This document shows, in pieces, positions 50,520-63,604 of a DNA stretch of 64,000 bases. Within the stretch, counting starts at the first letter, position 1. Each line of letters opens with the position of its first letter. The stretch is from NCBI RefSeq assembly GCF_030144855.1, contig NC_082710.1, positions 153,016,001-153,080,000 on the forward strand, given 5' to 3'. The stretch comes from Hypanus sabinus (lineage: Eukaryota). The position numbers were made by a program, and so were the translations under genes. The notes below the pieces were generated by a model, which saw only the letters and a program-made list of their open reading frames with translations, was not told where the DNA came from and made no database searches.

Positions 50520-51345
50520 ATATACTCTCTACCATCCATCTATAAATGTTTATCAAGGTTTTATATTTCATGCCGAATTTTTGCAAAATTAAGGAAGTAG
50601 AAGCACTGCTGTGCTTTCTTCATAATGGCACTTATGGCTAGGCCCAGGACAGATAATCTGAAATGATAACATAGAGCAATTTAAAGTCACTAACCCTCTC
50701 CAGCTTTTATCCCCCAATGAGAACTGACTCATAGACCTCTTGTTTCTTCCTCCTGAAGTCAATAATCAGCCCCGTGATCATGCTGACATTGAGTGAGAAG
50801 TTGTTGCTGTGGCACCACTCTGCCAGATTTTCAATCTGCCTCCTATATGTTGATTCATCACCACCTTTAATTCGGCCAACAACTGTGTCATCATCAAACT
50901 TACATATGGCATTAGAGTGTGCATAGCCTCACAGTCAAAAGTATAAAGCAAGTACAGCAGGGTGCAAAGCACATAGCGTTGTGGTGTTTCTGTGCTGATG
51001 GACATGTTGCTGCCAACCTAAACTGACTGGTGATAACATGCGAGGACATTGAGAATCCAATTGCACACAGAGATATTAAGGCCAAGGTCCTGAAGCTTAT
51101 TGATTACTTTGGAGGAAGTGATATTATTAAATGCCTAGCTGTACAGTAGTCTATAAAGACTATTGTGATATATGCATCTTTGCAGTCCTGATGTTCCAAA
51201 GTTGAGTGAAGAGCCAATGAAATGGCACCTGTTGTGACAATATGCAAATTGGAATGGATCCAAGTGGCTTCTAAGGCATGAGTTGATATGTTTTATCACC
51301 AACCTCTCAAAGCACATCATCACAGTGGATGTAAGTGCTACAGGA
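50520..51345 (-). mobile_element. Rex1/Babar-type LINE RT fragment
   Basis: PVALTSTVMMCFERLV...LDPFQFAY and LLYLLYTFDC motifs. Confidence 0.75.
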
Positions 51346-52384
51346 TGATGGTCACAATAGACAATAGACAGTAGATGCAAGGGTGGGCCATTCGGCCCTT
51401 CTAGCCAGCACCATTCACTGTGATCATGGCTGATCATGCACAATCAGTACCCCATTCCTGCCCTCTCCCCATATCCCTTGACCCCGCTATCTATGAGAGC
51501 TCTATCTAACTCTCCAAGGGTGAGTGGAGAGGTTGTAGTGGGGATTTACCAGGATGCTGCCTGGATTAGTGAGTACGTCTTATGAGGATAGGTTCAGTGA
51601 GCTAGGGCTTTTCTCTTTGGAGCAAATGAGGATGAGAGGTAACTTAATAGAGATGTACAGGATGATAAAAGGCATAAGGAAAATAGGTTGAGTGGATAGC
51701 CAGAGCTTTTCCCCATGGTGGAAATGGCTAATATGAGGGGGAACAATTTCAAGATGATTATAAGTGAGAAGTCAGGAGGTAAGTTGTTTTTTTTGTTTGT
51801 TGTTTTTTTTTTGTTTGTTTTTTTTTTAAATACACAGAGAGCGGTGCACTTAATATTTGACATTTCTAGTCTGGAAAAAACTGACTATCCCATCTCTGCG
51901 TGGCTCAGGATTATATATATCTCTACCAGGTCTGCCCTCAACCTCCAATGCTCCAGAAAAAACAATATGAGTTTGCCCAACTAGACAACAGGGAAAGTAA
52001 CCATGTTTATTCCATTGTGTAATCCTCATATTTTGTAGTCACTCATTCTCCAAATTGCCAAAAAATTCCAGAGTTTCTGCTCATACTATAAACTAAATTT
52101 TGGACCCTGCCAATCTCCCATGAAGAAAAGAATTACTCTTGGGTGTCCAGTGTTCAAAACAAGCATTCATACTTCAGAGCAATGATTTGACATTTGGCAT
52201 TTGTGGTGGAATTAGGACTGGAAGGAGGAACTCAACTCAAGTGGGACCTTACAGACCTTACAGTTCACTGCAACACTGAAACTTGAATACTTTCTCAGAT
52301 GTAAGAAAAAGTTAAAACATAGCTAAATGGGAGTTCATTAAAGCAGCAGAAGATTCAGCCAACAAGATCCCACAGTGGAAGTAA

Positions 52385-53030
52385 CACTAAACCTATCCTC
52401 ATAGAGGGATCAGAAGTGGAGAGAATGAGCAATTTCAAGTTCCTGGGTGTCAACATCTCTGAGGACCTAGCATGGACGCAACATATTGATGCAGCTATAA
52501 AGAATCCATGACAGTGGCTATATTTCATTAGGAGGTTGAGGAGATTTTGTTGTTCTACTAAAACACTCGAAAACTTCTACAAATGTACAATGGAGAGCAT
52601 TCTGACTGGCTGCAACAACATCTGTTATGAGGGACTACTCCACAACTTGTAAAATTAGTCAGATCTATCAGGGGTACCAGCCTCCATAGTATCCAAAACA
52701 TCTTCAAGGAGTGATGCCTTAGGAAGGCTATATCTACCACTGCTCAGGACATGCCACCTTACACTGGAGCCATCAGGAAGGAGGTACAGAATCCTGAAGG
52801 CACAGCTTCTTCCCCTCTGCCAACCAATTTCTAAATGGACATTGAACCCATGAACACTACTTCAATACTGTTTTAATTTCTGTAATTTTGCACTACTTAT
52901 GTTAACTCAATAGTCATATATATACTTTATGTAACTCAGCTTTTTCCTTGGTGTTTATTGTTAGTTTCATTGACTTGCTGCTGTGAAGTTAACAAATCTC
53001 AAGACCTATGCCAGTGATATTAAATCTGAT
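52385..53030 (+). mobile_element. Rex1/Babar-type LINE 3' fragment
   Basis: Plus-strand reading EGSEVERMSNFKFLGVNISEDLAW...FYKCTMESILTGC. Confidence 0.7.
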
Positions 53031-53100
53031 TGATTGTGACTAAGCTTGTTGAGGTGTGCAGTCACTCATCACAAAACCTGTTTGAAGCTCCACCCCGTGG

Positions 53101-53135
53101 TCAGAACTGTGGTTGAATTAGAGCCAAATGCTCAC
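53101..53135 (-). CDS. Putative terminal cytoplasmic exon of the MHC-I-like gene
   Basis: Very strong acceptor atctcttctcttttctcctttgcag|; phase-1 reading (G)EHLALIQPQF* is compatible with the TM exon; AATAAA on the minus strand at 52954-52959. Confidence 0.5.
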
Positions 53136-53165
53136 CTGCAAAGGAGAAAAGAGAAGAGATTGAAT

Positions 53166-53764
53166 TGTTATGAAGGATGAGCAGTTCTGATGGGCAGAAG
53201 GGTGCAGAGGTGCCCATGTCCTCCCCCCCCCCGGGAGAATTGCAAACCATTACTTTTGTTATGCTGCTTATGAGAGAGAGAGATGGAAAACATGTTGGAA
53301 CTGGAACATATGCTACTGATAAGGAGGGAGAGGAGAGGCTATTGATTTATTGTTACGTCTTCTGCAAAGGTTGTTTGCCTTGTACCATTCTGCTCATTAA
53401 CATTCCTCAGTGGACAGCCAGAGTGGGCTGATTTGATGGACACAGTCTCTCAAATGTGGTGGACAATTCAGATGCCGTGAGTGGGGATAAAAGTCAGGTC
53501 TGGGAAGACACCCCTCATACATGCCCAGAGACACACTGAGTGTTGAAACCCACGGAAGGTGTGGGGCTTTCGGAGACTGAACCAGGAGGTGAGTCAGTAA
53601 AGCTCACAGTGTTACAGCAGGGCCGGTGGGGGCTTGTGTGTGTGTCCACTCATGCCAGAGTGATGAGTCCGCCACAGAAGAACGGTCTAGCTGAAGGACA
53701 GAGGGGTCATAACTGAATGGCCACAACAAACAACCCGATGGATCAAGAACACAAAGGAAGGTCT

Positions 53765-53803
<39 letters not shown>

Positions 53804-54089
53804 ACAAAACCACCAACAGCTACCTCAGCCTACATGAACTGAACTGAAATTTATACTTATAAACGACAATTCATTATCCCCTAGACAACGATAGAGCTTA
53901 TTTATATTTGATTATTATTATACCCACACTTTTAGGTTTAGTATTGCTAATGTGTATTATCTGTATATTTGCATTGTTGATATTGTTTTGTATATTTTAC
54001 TAATAAACACTGTTTAAAATAGTACCACCAGACTCCAACGGATTCTTCTATCTTTGCTGGTTAGACACCCATTTACGGGGTATGTAACA
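53166..54089 (+). mobile_element. Solo LTR (924 bp), antisense to the MHC-like gene
   Basis: TGTTA...TAACA termini; 4-bp TSD GAAT (53162-53165 and 54090-54093); AATAAA at 54002; internal (CT)n tract. Confidence 0.85.
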
Positions 54090-54142
54090 GAATGTACAGT
54101 ATAATACTGTAGCAGGCTTAACAAAGACATCTGTATGTTTAC

Positions 54143-54259
54143 CCACCTCCAGTGATACCTTGGTTCTCTCCTTGCTGCACCTCTACATCACTCCAAAGAT
54201 TATCGCAAACACAGTCATCATCCCCAACATGGGACCTGCACAATGGGGCTCACCAACTC
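54143..54259 (-). CDS. Connecting peptide/transmembrane exon of the MHC-I-like gene, with in-frame TAG
   Basis: Acceptor ctttacttggtggacag| and donor GTGG|gtaaac, phase 1/1, 117 nt (same length as HLA-A exon 5). Translation (G)VGEPHCAGPMLGMMTVFAIIFGVM*RCSKERTKVSLEV: hydrophobic stretch then basic residues; TAG at 54183-54185. Confidence 0.65.
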
Positions 54260-55261
54260 CTGTCCACCAAGTAAAGATTGGTAAATTTATAAATGATTTT
54301 ATTATTGTCACCAGTTACTAGGTACAGTAGAAATACTTGTTTTGCATTCTGTCCATATAGATCATTACATCAGGATATTAAGGTTGTACAAGGGAAAGCA
54401 GTAACAGAATGTAAAGGAATGTATTACTTCTACAGAGGATGTGTGGTGCTGGCTGGCAATAAGATGGAAGACTGTTAAAAGTTAAACTGTGAGGTCAGAT
54501 GTCCATCTTACTATGTTTGGAGACCACTCAGTTTTCTCACAGGAGCAAGACAGAAGTGTTCATTGATCATAATAGTACATGCTTTCAGGCTTTTGTATCT
54601 TTTTCCTGATGGGAGCTGGGAGAAATGGGGGGGGAGGGTAATCCTGAGTGGGTGGTATCTTATATATAGGAGGATAGGAGAATGGAAGATGTTTTGAGAA
54701 AGGAAGGATGTCATTAGGATGGAGAGGAGTTTCACAAGAATGGTGCCAGGAATTGAATGCTTGAGATACAAGGAGAGACAGGATAGGCAGGGACAATTGT
54801 CCCTGGAATGTAGGAGGCTGAGTTATAAAGAGAGGTATATAACATTTTGAGGGGCATAGAAAGAGTGCACAATAATTTTTCAGGGCTTGATGGTATAGGT
54901 TTAAGTTAAGAGAGAAAAGATGTAACAGGAACCCGAGGGGCAACATTTTCACCCACAGGGTGGTCATTTTATGGGTGCCAGAAGAAGTGGTTGAGGCAGA
55001 CAAGTTAACATCTTTTAAAAGATACATCCAACAGCAGGTGGATCTAAAGGGTTTAGAGAGATATGGACCAGGATATATGGGACTTCCTTGAACGGGAATC
55101 TTGATTGACAAAGATGTGTGGGGCTGAAGGGTCTGTTTCTCTGCTGCAGAATTCTATGAATCTATGACAATCAAATACTCAACAGCCAGGCAGTGACCAC
55201 TTGACAGTCAGGTCTTCCCCACAGTCCCAATTGCTTCTTAGTTGTTCTTTCTGTTGAGTTC

Positions 55262-55305
55262 CTATTGTGTTTCTTTGACCAACAGCTCAACTGCTTCTGT
55301 AACAG
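55262..55305 (-). CDS. Candidate alternative terminal exon between alpha3 and TM
   Basis: Acceptor aatctgttccttctgctcaccag|; phase-1 reading (A)VTEAVELLVKETQ*; no nearby AATAAA seen. Confidence 0.25.
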
Positions 55306-55552
55306 CTGGTGAGCAGAAGGAACAGATTTAATTCGAGTGGTAAAAGGGCATAGTAAATAATAACTTCCAAATTGGAAATGGGATATGTTCTTGGAATTAA
55401 GAAATTTTCAAAGGTGTGTGAGAAGGAGTGGGGCTACTTGAGCAAGTCTTTCAAAGTAGGGAATAGGGTGGTGAAGATAGCCTACAGGATGCTGGATTGC
55501 ATTGATCAGGGCATCGAATTCAAGAGAAGGGAACTAATGATGCAGCTTTATG

Positions 55553-55632
55553 GTGGAGATTCTTGATTAGGTCTTTCAAAGAGGTAAATAGAGTGGAGAT
55601 TCTTGATTAGGTCTTTCAAAGAGGTAAATAGA
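55553..55632. repeat. Perfect 2 x 40-bp tandem duplication
   Basis: gtggagattcttgattaggtctttcaaagaggtaaataga twice, inside a CR1 fragment. Confidence 0.9.
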
Positions 55633-56557
55633 GTGGTGAAGGAAGTGTACAAGAGACCAATTGACAATGCTTAGAATACAACAGCATGGAAATTATGGTA
55701 CAGCTTAATAAAACATCAGTGAGAATACATTCCGAGTATTGTTTACAGTTCTGGTCACCAGAGCTGAGGAAAGGTGTGATTGCATTAGACAGAGTGCAGA
55801 GGAGATTCACCAGAATGTGGCTCAGATGGATTGGGAAAAGAAAATGGATACACTGGGTTTGTTTTCCTTAGATGGGAGGAGACTGAGGGTGGACCTGATG
55901 GAGTTATACAAAATTATTAGGGTTGTAGATAGGAAACACATAGAAAGTGTCCGATGATTTTTTTGATATATATATTAATTCTGTTAATCCACTATTTTCA
56001 AATCTGTTTAATATATATACACATTATAGTTGATTTACTTACTTTATATTTCATCTTTCTATATTATCATGCACTGCATTGTTCTGCTGCTGCTAAGATA
56101 ACAAATTTCACAACACATGCCAGCAACAATAAACCTGATTCTGATTCTGAAGAATGCTGTAGGTTTTGCTTGCTGCAGTTTATGCTTCCACTTCATGTGT
56201 TTGCTTGAACTGTAGTAAACTTTTCCCCATAGTAAAGGTGCCTATAACTCGAGGTAGATTTAAGTTGATGACTAAGAAGTTCATAGGGAATCTAGAGATG
56301 AATGCTTTCACCAAGGGGGTGTTGGAGTAGGGAAAGGACTGCCTGAGGAGATGGTGGAGGCAGAGACTCTCATAATTTTCAAGATGTATCTAGATGATCG
56401 CTTAACTCGTCAAGTTACAGAAGGGGACGGGTTGTGCTTTTGAGAACTAGAGGGTTTGCATTAATCAGGTAGGCTGAAGAGCCTCCTTCTCTGCTACATG
56501 AGACCATGAGCCACCACAGGCAGAATGAAGCAAATTCTGTACCAAACAATGACCTAC

Positions 56558-56833
56558 CTCCCTTCAACACCAGTGCCTGTGTCAGGCTGCTGTGCTCGAC
56601 GCGACAGGCATAGATGTTTGGGTTGTTGCCCTGCAGCTCAATGACTAGTTCCATCCAGTATGTATCATTGTAGTTCGGTAGCACAGTCACCTTGTAGCCC
56701 TCAGAAACAACCTGCCCATTCTTCAACCACGTGGCCTTGATAGCACGGGGGTAGAATGGAGTGATGATGCATGAGAGACTCTCGCCTGCAGTAGCTGTTG
56801 GCCTCCTTGTCAACACTTGAGCCTCTGGAGCAA
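56558..56833 (-). CDS. MHC class I-like alpha3 (Ig C1-set) domain exon
   Basis: Acceptor tttttgattcttccccag| and donor GGAG|gtaggt, phase 1/1, 276 nt (same length as HLA exon 4). Translation (V)APEAQVLTRRPTATAGESLSCIITPFYPRAIKATWLKNGQVVSEGYKVTVLPNYNDTYWMELVIELQGNNPNIYACRVEHSSLTQALVLKG has the C1-set motifs C, FYP, W, LPN and YxCRVEHSSL. Confidence 0.93.
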
Positions 56834-57479
56834 CTGGGGAAGAATCAAAAATTATGTCACCATCTCAACACAGGCTGATGTTATCTTAGTGTTACAGACT
56901 GAAGTTAGAGTGTTCAATGTTGGGATTACTCTCACATCCGTCACTGCCTCAGAATGTGATCTCTCACTATTACACTCACTAAATGATCTGAAATCAGCCT
57001 CCCCAGCCCAAACTCATGCAGACGACAGACAGAGATTACGTTCATTCATCTGACCGGTCCAGATCAAGGTCACAGGCACTGTTTCCAATGAAACTGTCAT
57101 GCAATATCCCAAATTAAGATCATCTTCAAACTGCAAGATGGAGAATGTCCTCAGCACAGCGGTGGTGATCAGAAGGTCTCTCACTGTCCCACACACTGCT
57201 CCAAATTGGGAGATCAGTCAATGTCTCAATTTGGGAGAGCCCTCACTCAAAGATTCAAATTACATTAATTATCAAAGTGTGTATACAGAATACAACACTG
57301 AAATTATCCTCCAATGCAGCAAAGAAACAAAGAGACACCAAGGAACACCTTCAAAGAAAACATCAAACACCAAACATGCAAAGAGAGAACAGATTGCACA
57401 AACAGCAAAGTGAGCTAGCAACACATGGAATATCAAACAGCTGAGCAGGAGTATTTCTGTTCTTAATTGTCCATTCCTC

Positions 57480-60240
57480 ATCTGTTAGGGCACAATAGTG
57501 AGAATGACACCAGGGGCAGTGTCTTGTACTGTGTACTGCGTGAGAGATGTGAGGCATCCAGACTCTCGGATAAACACATCTGCACCAGGTGTGTCAAGCT
57601 GCAGCTACTCAGAGAATGTGTCAAGGAACTGGACCCGCAGTTCAATGACCTTATCTTCAAATGGGAGAAAAAGGAAGAGATAGATAGGAGCGATAGGGAG
57701 GTAGTCACCCTGGGTTGAAGGAGTTAGGTAAATAGGTGACTTTCAGGAATAGGAGGGGAAATGCACAGCCAATGCAGAGTACACCTGTGGTCACTTCTCT
57801 CAAAATAAGTGTACCACTTTAGATAATGTTGAGGGCGACAACCTATCGGGGGTAACCATAGTGACCAGGTCTCTGGCACTGAATCTGGTGCTGTGGCTCA
57901 GAAGAGCAGAGAGGTGAAGAAGACTGCAGTGTTGATAGGAGATTCCATAGTTAGAAGAATAGAGACAAGATTCTATGGGCACGATGGAGACAGCCAGATG
58001 GTATGTTGCCTCCCAGTTGCCTGGATCATGGATGTCCCGGATCAGGTCCATTGCATTTTCAGGAGGGAGGGTGAGCATCCAGAAATCTTGGTGCATATTG
58101 GCACCAATGACATGGGTGGAGAAGTTGAGGAGGTCCTGAAGAGAGGTTTTAGGGAGCTGTGTAAAAAGCTGTAAAACAGGACCTCCAGGGTAGTAATCAC
58201 TGGATTTCTGCCCATGCCACACACCAGTGAGGGGAAGAATAGTATGATTTGGCAGGTGTATGTGTGGCCAAGGAATTAGTGGAAAGAGCAGGGGTTCTCT
58301 TCTGGGTATGACCTGTACAAAAGGGACAGGTTACACCTGAACCCAAGGAGGCCCAATATCCTTGCATGCAGCTTAGCTAGAGTTGTTCAGGAGAGTTTAA
58401 ACTAATTTAACAGGGGGATAGGAACCTGAGTGATAGTGCTGAGGATGGGGTAGTTGGTTTATAAACAGATGCAGTTTATAATAGGACGTAGCAAGGAGAG
58501 GATGATGATAGGGCAAAATTGCAATCAACAGGATGAGTTGCAATGTAAAAAGTGGACAAAATCGAAAATGGTGAATACAGGACTAAAGGTGTTATATTTG
58601 AATGTGTGCAGTATACGGAATAAGGTCAATGAACTTGTAGCACAGTTACATATTGGCATGTATGATTTTGTGTGCATCACTGATCATGGCTGAAAGAAGA
58701 TTATAGATGGGATATTAGCATTCAGGGATGTACATTGTATCAAAAGGATAGGCAGGTAGGAAGAGGGGGACGCATTGCTTTGTTGGTAAAAAATGAAATC
58801 AAATGAAAATGAAAGGTGATGAAGGGTCAGAAGATATTGAATCATTGTGAGTAAAGCTGAGGAACTTCAAGGGTAAAGAGAACCTGATGAGAGTTATATA
58901 CAGACCCCTAAACAGCAGTAAGGATGTGGTGCACAAATTACAATGGGGATAGAAAATGCATGCCAAAAAGATAGTGTTACAATAATCATGGGGGATTTCA
59001 ATATGCAGGTAGATTGGGAAAATCAGTTTGGTGCTGGATCCCAAGAAGTGGAATTTCTAGAATGCTTGTGGGATGGCTTTCTAAAGCAGCTCATGGTTGA
59101 GTCCACTGGGGTATCAGCTATTCTGGATAGGGTGTTGTGCAATGAACCAGAATTGTTTACAAAGCTTAAGATAAAGGAACCGTTAGGGGTAAGTGATCAT
59201 AATATATTAGAATTCACTGTGTAATTTGAGAAGGAGAACTAAAGTCGGGTGCATCAGGATTACAGTGGAGTAAAGGGAATTACAGAAGCATGAGAGAGGA
59301 GCTGGCCAAAATTGATTTGAAAAGAACACTGAAAGTGATGATGGCAGAGCATAAGTGGATGGAATTTCTGGAAGCAATTTGGAAGACACAAGATATATAC
59401 AACCCATAGAGGAAGAAGTATTCCAAAGGCGAGATGACATCAGGTGGGTGTCTAACGAGAAGTCAAAGCCAACATAAAAGCCAAAGAGAGGGATATAATA
59501 GAGCAAACTTTAGTGGGAAGTTAGAGAATTGGGAAACTTTTAAAACCCAGCAAAAGCAACTAAGTAAATTATTAAGAAGAAAAAGATGGAATATAAGAGT
59601 AAGCTAGCCAATAATAAAGAGGATACAATAAGTTTCTATGGATAAAGTGTAAAAGAGAGGTGAGGTTGGATTTTGGACGGCTGTAAAATGATGCTGGAGA
59701 AGTAGTAATTGGGGACAATGAAATAGTGGATGAAATGAGGAAGACACTAGCAGTATGCTGGAAGCTTGAGAGTGTCAGGCAAGCAGGTGTGTGTAAAGTT
59801 GCCATTACTAGACAGATGTTTCTTGGGAAAATGAAAGGTCTTAAAGTGACCTGGACAGATAGCGTACATGCCAGAGGTGGCTGAAAAGATTATGGAGGCA
59901 TTAGTAATGATCTTTCATGAATCTTTAGATTCTGGCATTGTTGCTGAAGATTGGAAAATTGCAAATATCACTCTACTCTTCAAGCAGGGAGAGAAACAGA
60001 AGAAAGGAAGTTATAGGCCAGTTAGTCTGACCTCAGTTTTTGGGAAGATTTTGGAGCTGATTGTTCAAGATGGGGTTTTGTGGTACTTGGGGGCAGATGA
60101 TAAAGTAGGTCGTAGTTCAGATAGTTTCCTCAAGGGAAGATCTATTGGAATTATTTGAAAAAAATAACAAGTCAGATCGACAAAGGAGAATCAGAAGATG
60201 TTGTGTACTTCGATTTTCAGAAGGCCTTTGACATGGTGTG
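57480..60240 (+). mobile_element. Decayed CR1 (ORF1 zinc finger/esterase, APE, RT start) in the alpha2-alpha3 intron
   Basis: CTRCVKLQLL, LIGDSIVRR, VHIGTND, LYLNVCSIRNK, MGDFN, YRPVSLTSVFGK. Confidence 0.9.
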
Positions 60241-60369
60241 ACAGAGGTAGAACAAGGAAAGAGGTTTAACTGAGGGAATGTGAGCAATAAGGGACTAAAT
60301 TAAAAAAGCAGAACAAAAAATGGTGGTAATCTCCAGATTACTACTGAACCACAAGCAAATTGGCATAGG

Positions 60370-62340
60370 GTTTAGAAGATTAGAGAGTTAAATGTGTGTC
60401 TGAAGGATTGGAGTGGGAGAAGTAGGTTTGAATTCACCATAAATTGGCACCAGTATTGGAGAAGAAGGGAGCTGTACCAATGGGACAAGCTCCACCTGAA
60501 CTGTGATGGGACCTGGACCCTAGTGAATCACATAACCAGGGCTCTGCATAGGGATTTAAATAGTAGGGGGTGGGTTTAGTAGGGGGAAATGGTTGAACAG
60601 ATTAGAAAAAGTAAAAGAGAAAAGTGTGGATAAAGGTAATGAAAAATCAAAAGATAAAAAAGAGAAAAGTATGAGTGGAGTAAAGAAAAGACAAGTCCAA
60701 AAGAGAAAATGATGACAAGGTTTTATAAGCACGAGTGTAGGGGCACTTTATCTGAAAACCCATAGTATTCAAAATGAGGTCTGTGAACTTTTGGCACAAA
60801 TCAGTACAAAGGGGTATGATTTCATGGGCATTACAGAATTGTGGTTGCAGGGTGGAGAGGATTGGGAAGTAAATATCCAAGGATATCAGGTAATACAGAG
60901 GGATAGGCAAGAAGGTAAGGGAGGTGGAGTAGCACTCTGAATTGAGGATGAGATCAGGGTGATAGTGAAAGATGCTGTAAGATCTAATTAGCAGAATTTT
61001 GAATCCATCTGGGTAGAGTTTAGGAATAGAAAAGAGAAAAAATCACTGGTGGAAGTTGTCTATCAACCACTGAATTATAACATTACAGTGGCACAGGCAA
61101 TAAACAGACAAATATCTGTGGCATGTAAGAATGGAACAGCAGTTATCGTGGGGGTTTTTAACTTGTGTATAGATTGGGTGAATCAAGTTGATGGAGGCAG
61201 TATTAAGGATGACTTCATAGAATACATCCATGATGGCTTTCTTGAACATCATGTTAGTAAACCTACAAGGGAACACGCCATCTTAGATCTGGTCTTGTGC
61301 AATGATCAAGTAAAATTAGTGATCTTGTAGATAGGGATCCTCATGGAAAGAGTGATCACAGTGTGATTGAGTTTCTCATACAAATGGAGGGAACAATAGT
61401 TCGATCAAAAACCAGTGTATTATGCTTAAACAATGGCGACTACAATGGAATGGGGGAGGATTTGGCTTGTGTAGAATGGGAACACAGATCATATTGTGGG
61501 AGGGTTGAGAAACAGTGGAAGACTTTCAAAGAGATTTTTCACAGTGTTCAACAAGAGTATATTCCAGTCAAAAGTGGGAAGTAAGTAATTAAGTAAGGGT
61601 GGGGAGAGTCAGCCTTGGATAACTACGGAAATAAAAGAAGGCATCAAACTAAAAGCTTGTTTGTACAAATTTGTCAAGAGTACTGGGAAACTGGAAGATT
61701 GGGAAAACTTTAAAAAGCAACAAAGAACCACTAAGTGAGCAATAAAGGAAGGGAAGACAGATTATGAAAATAAACTAGCACAAAATATAAAAATGGATTG
61801 TTAAAGTTGTTATAATTATAGAAAGCAGAAAAGGGTGGCTTAAGTGAACATAGGTCCCTTGGAAGACAAGAAGGGGAATTAATATTGGGTAATGAGGAAA
61901 TCGCAGAGGCTTTAGATCTATGTTGTGTCGGTCTTCACAGTAGAGGTGGAGGACATGTATAACATGCCAAAGACAGATGTTAAGGATGCGATGGGAGGCA
62001 GGAACTCTGATACAATAGGAATCTCTGAAGAGGTAGTGCTGAGCATACTTGTGGGCCCGAAGATAGATAAGTCCCAGGGTACTGAAAGAAATGGCAGAAG
62101 TTATAGTAGAGGCTTTGGTGATAATTTACCAAAATGGAACAATAGAGTTGGGGGTAATGTATTAGCATGGATAAAGGATTGGTCGACTAATAGAAAGAAG
62201 AGAGTTGGGATACCTGAGTGTTACTCTGGTTGTCAATCAGTGGTGAGTGATGTGTTGTGGTTGTCTGTTGTTCTGGGCTTGCAACTGTTCACGATATACA
62301 TTAATGATCTGGAAGAGGGGACAAGTGTAGTGTATCTAAG
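60370..62340 (+). mobile_element. Second decayed CR1 in the alpha2-alpha3 intron
   Basis: Esterase end (WDKLHL), APE (ILDLVLCN), RT pieces ([16 protein letters not shown]). Confidence 0.85.
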
Positions 62341-63604
62341 TTTGTGTCAGGTATGGAAGCATCCTGAACTTTGTCAATAAGGATTAAGCAGGAATATCTG
62401 ACTCCTGGAAACTGCTGAATTGCATGTATTTTAAGGTATAAAAGACCATACTTGTGCTTACTTTAGCAGAGTCTTTTAGTGGGCTCACTGTGGTCATGTA
62501 ATTAAGTAATAGAACTGAATACTGGTATTTGTGTCTTTGTTTAATCAGTGATAGTAAAATTCTGCGACACTCAGAGTAGAGGGATATTGTTTTCAAATGG
62601 AGATCAAGAAGTATTTCTTTTGCCAGAGAGCAGTACATCTGTGGAATTCGTTGCCACAGGCAACTTGGCAGCTGTGGAGGCCACATCTTTAGGTATATTT
62701 AAAGCAGAGATTGATAGGTTCTCTATGGTCATGACATGAAGGGAGACGGTGAAGGCAGGACATTGGAACTGTGAGGGTAATGGACCAGCATGATGAAATG
62801 GCGGAGCAGACTCGATGGGCCAAATGGCCCCTTTCTGCTTCTATATCTTATGGTTTTATCGAGTCTAGATGTATTCAGTTTAGTTACGTGCCTTGCTACT
62901 AGTCAAATGCATGCCGCAGAATCAATCTTTGCTGAAACGCCCAGTGCACACTGATTCACCTCGATCAAACTGCTCATAAACAGCAATACCTGAAGCACAT
63001 GAACCCTAAAGTTCCCCAAAATGAGTCACAACCATGAGCCTCACCGATCAATCCCTGCAAAGTGGAACACAAGCCTCCTCCACTTTCCTCCAACCGCAGC
63101 TAGGAAAAGGGAGAGGAATAGCAGCCAAATGTGACAGATGGCGCCAAACACCAGCCTGGCCTCCACTCCCGGCCTCGTCCACTTCAACCTTGCTCAACCC
63201 CTCAGTCAGAGAAAAACAATGGAGCCAGTCATGGGCTCACAGTCCTCCTCCAAGCCTGCAGGCCATACACTCCAATCAACTCACTGTTTCAAATTAGGAG
63301 ATCCCTCATTACACCAGGTGGGAAACCCCTAATCATTTTGTTTTGGCAGCTCTCCCTCTTTCCCATATCAGGGGATCCCTCTGCATCTCAGATTGGGAGC
63401 TTCCTTACTGTCCAGATCAGGAGATTCCTCTCTGTCCCAGATTGGGAACACCATCAATCTGCTAGATCATCAAATCCTTCAGTATCTCGAATCATGACAG
63501 CCCACACCATCTCAGTCTCAGAGCCCCATAATCGTCTCAGACTGAGGTATCCCTTATGTTGCTGAGTTGGGAGCTCTTTCACCATTTCAGAATGTTCCAC
63601 TTGC

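Noticed and set aside
63290-63570. Degenerate tgggag/ctctgtccc repeats next to the alpha2 exon (similar at about 57170-57245)
   Set aside because: Short, irregular minisatellite-like sequence with no consistent period or recognisable element.
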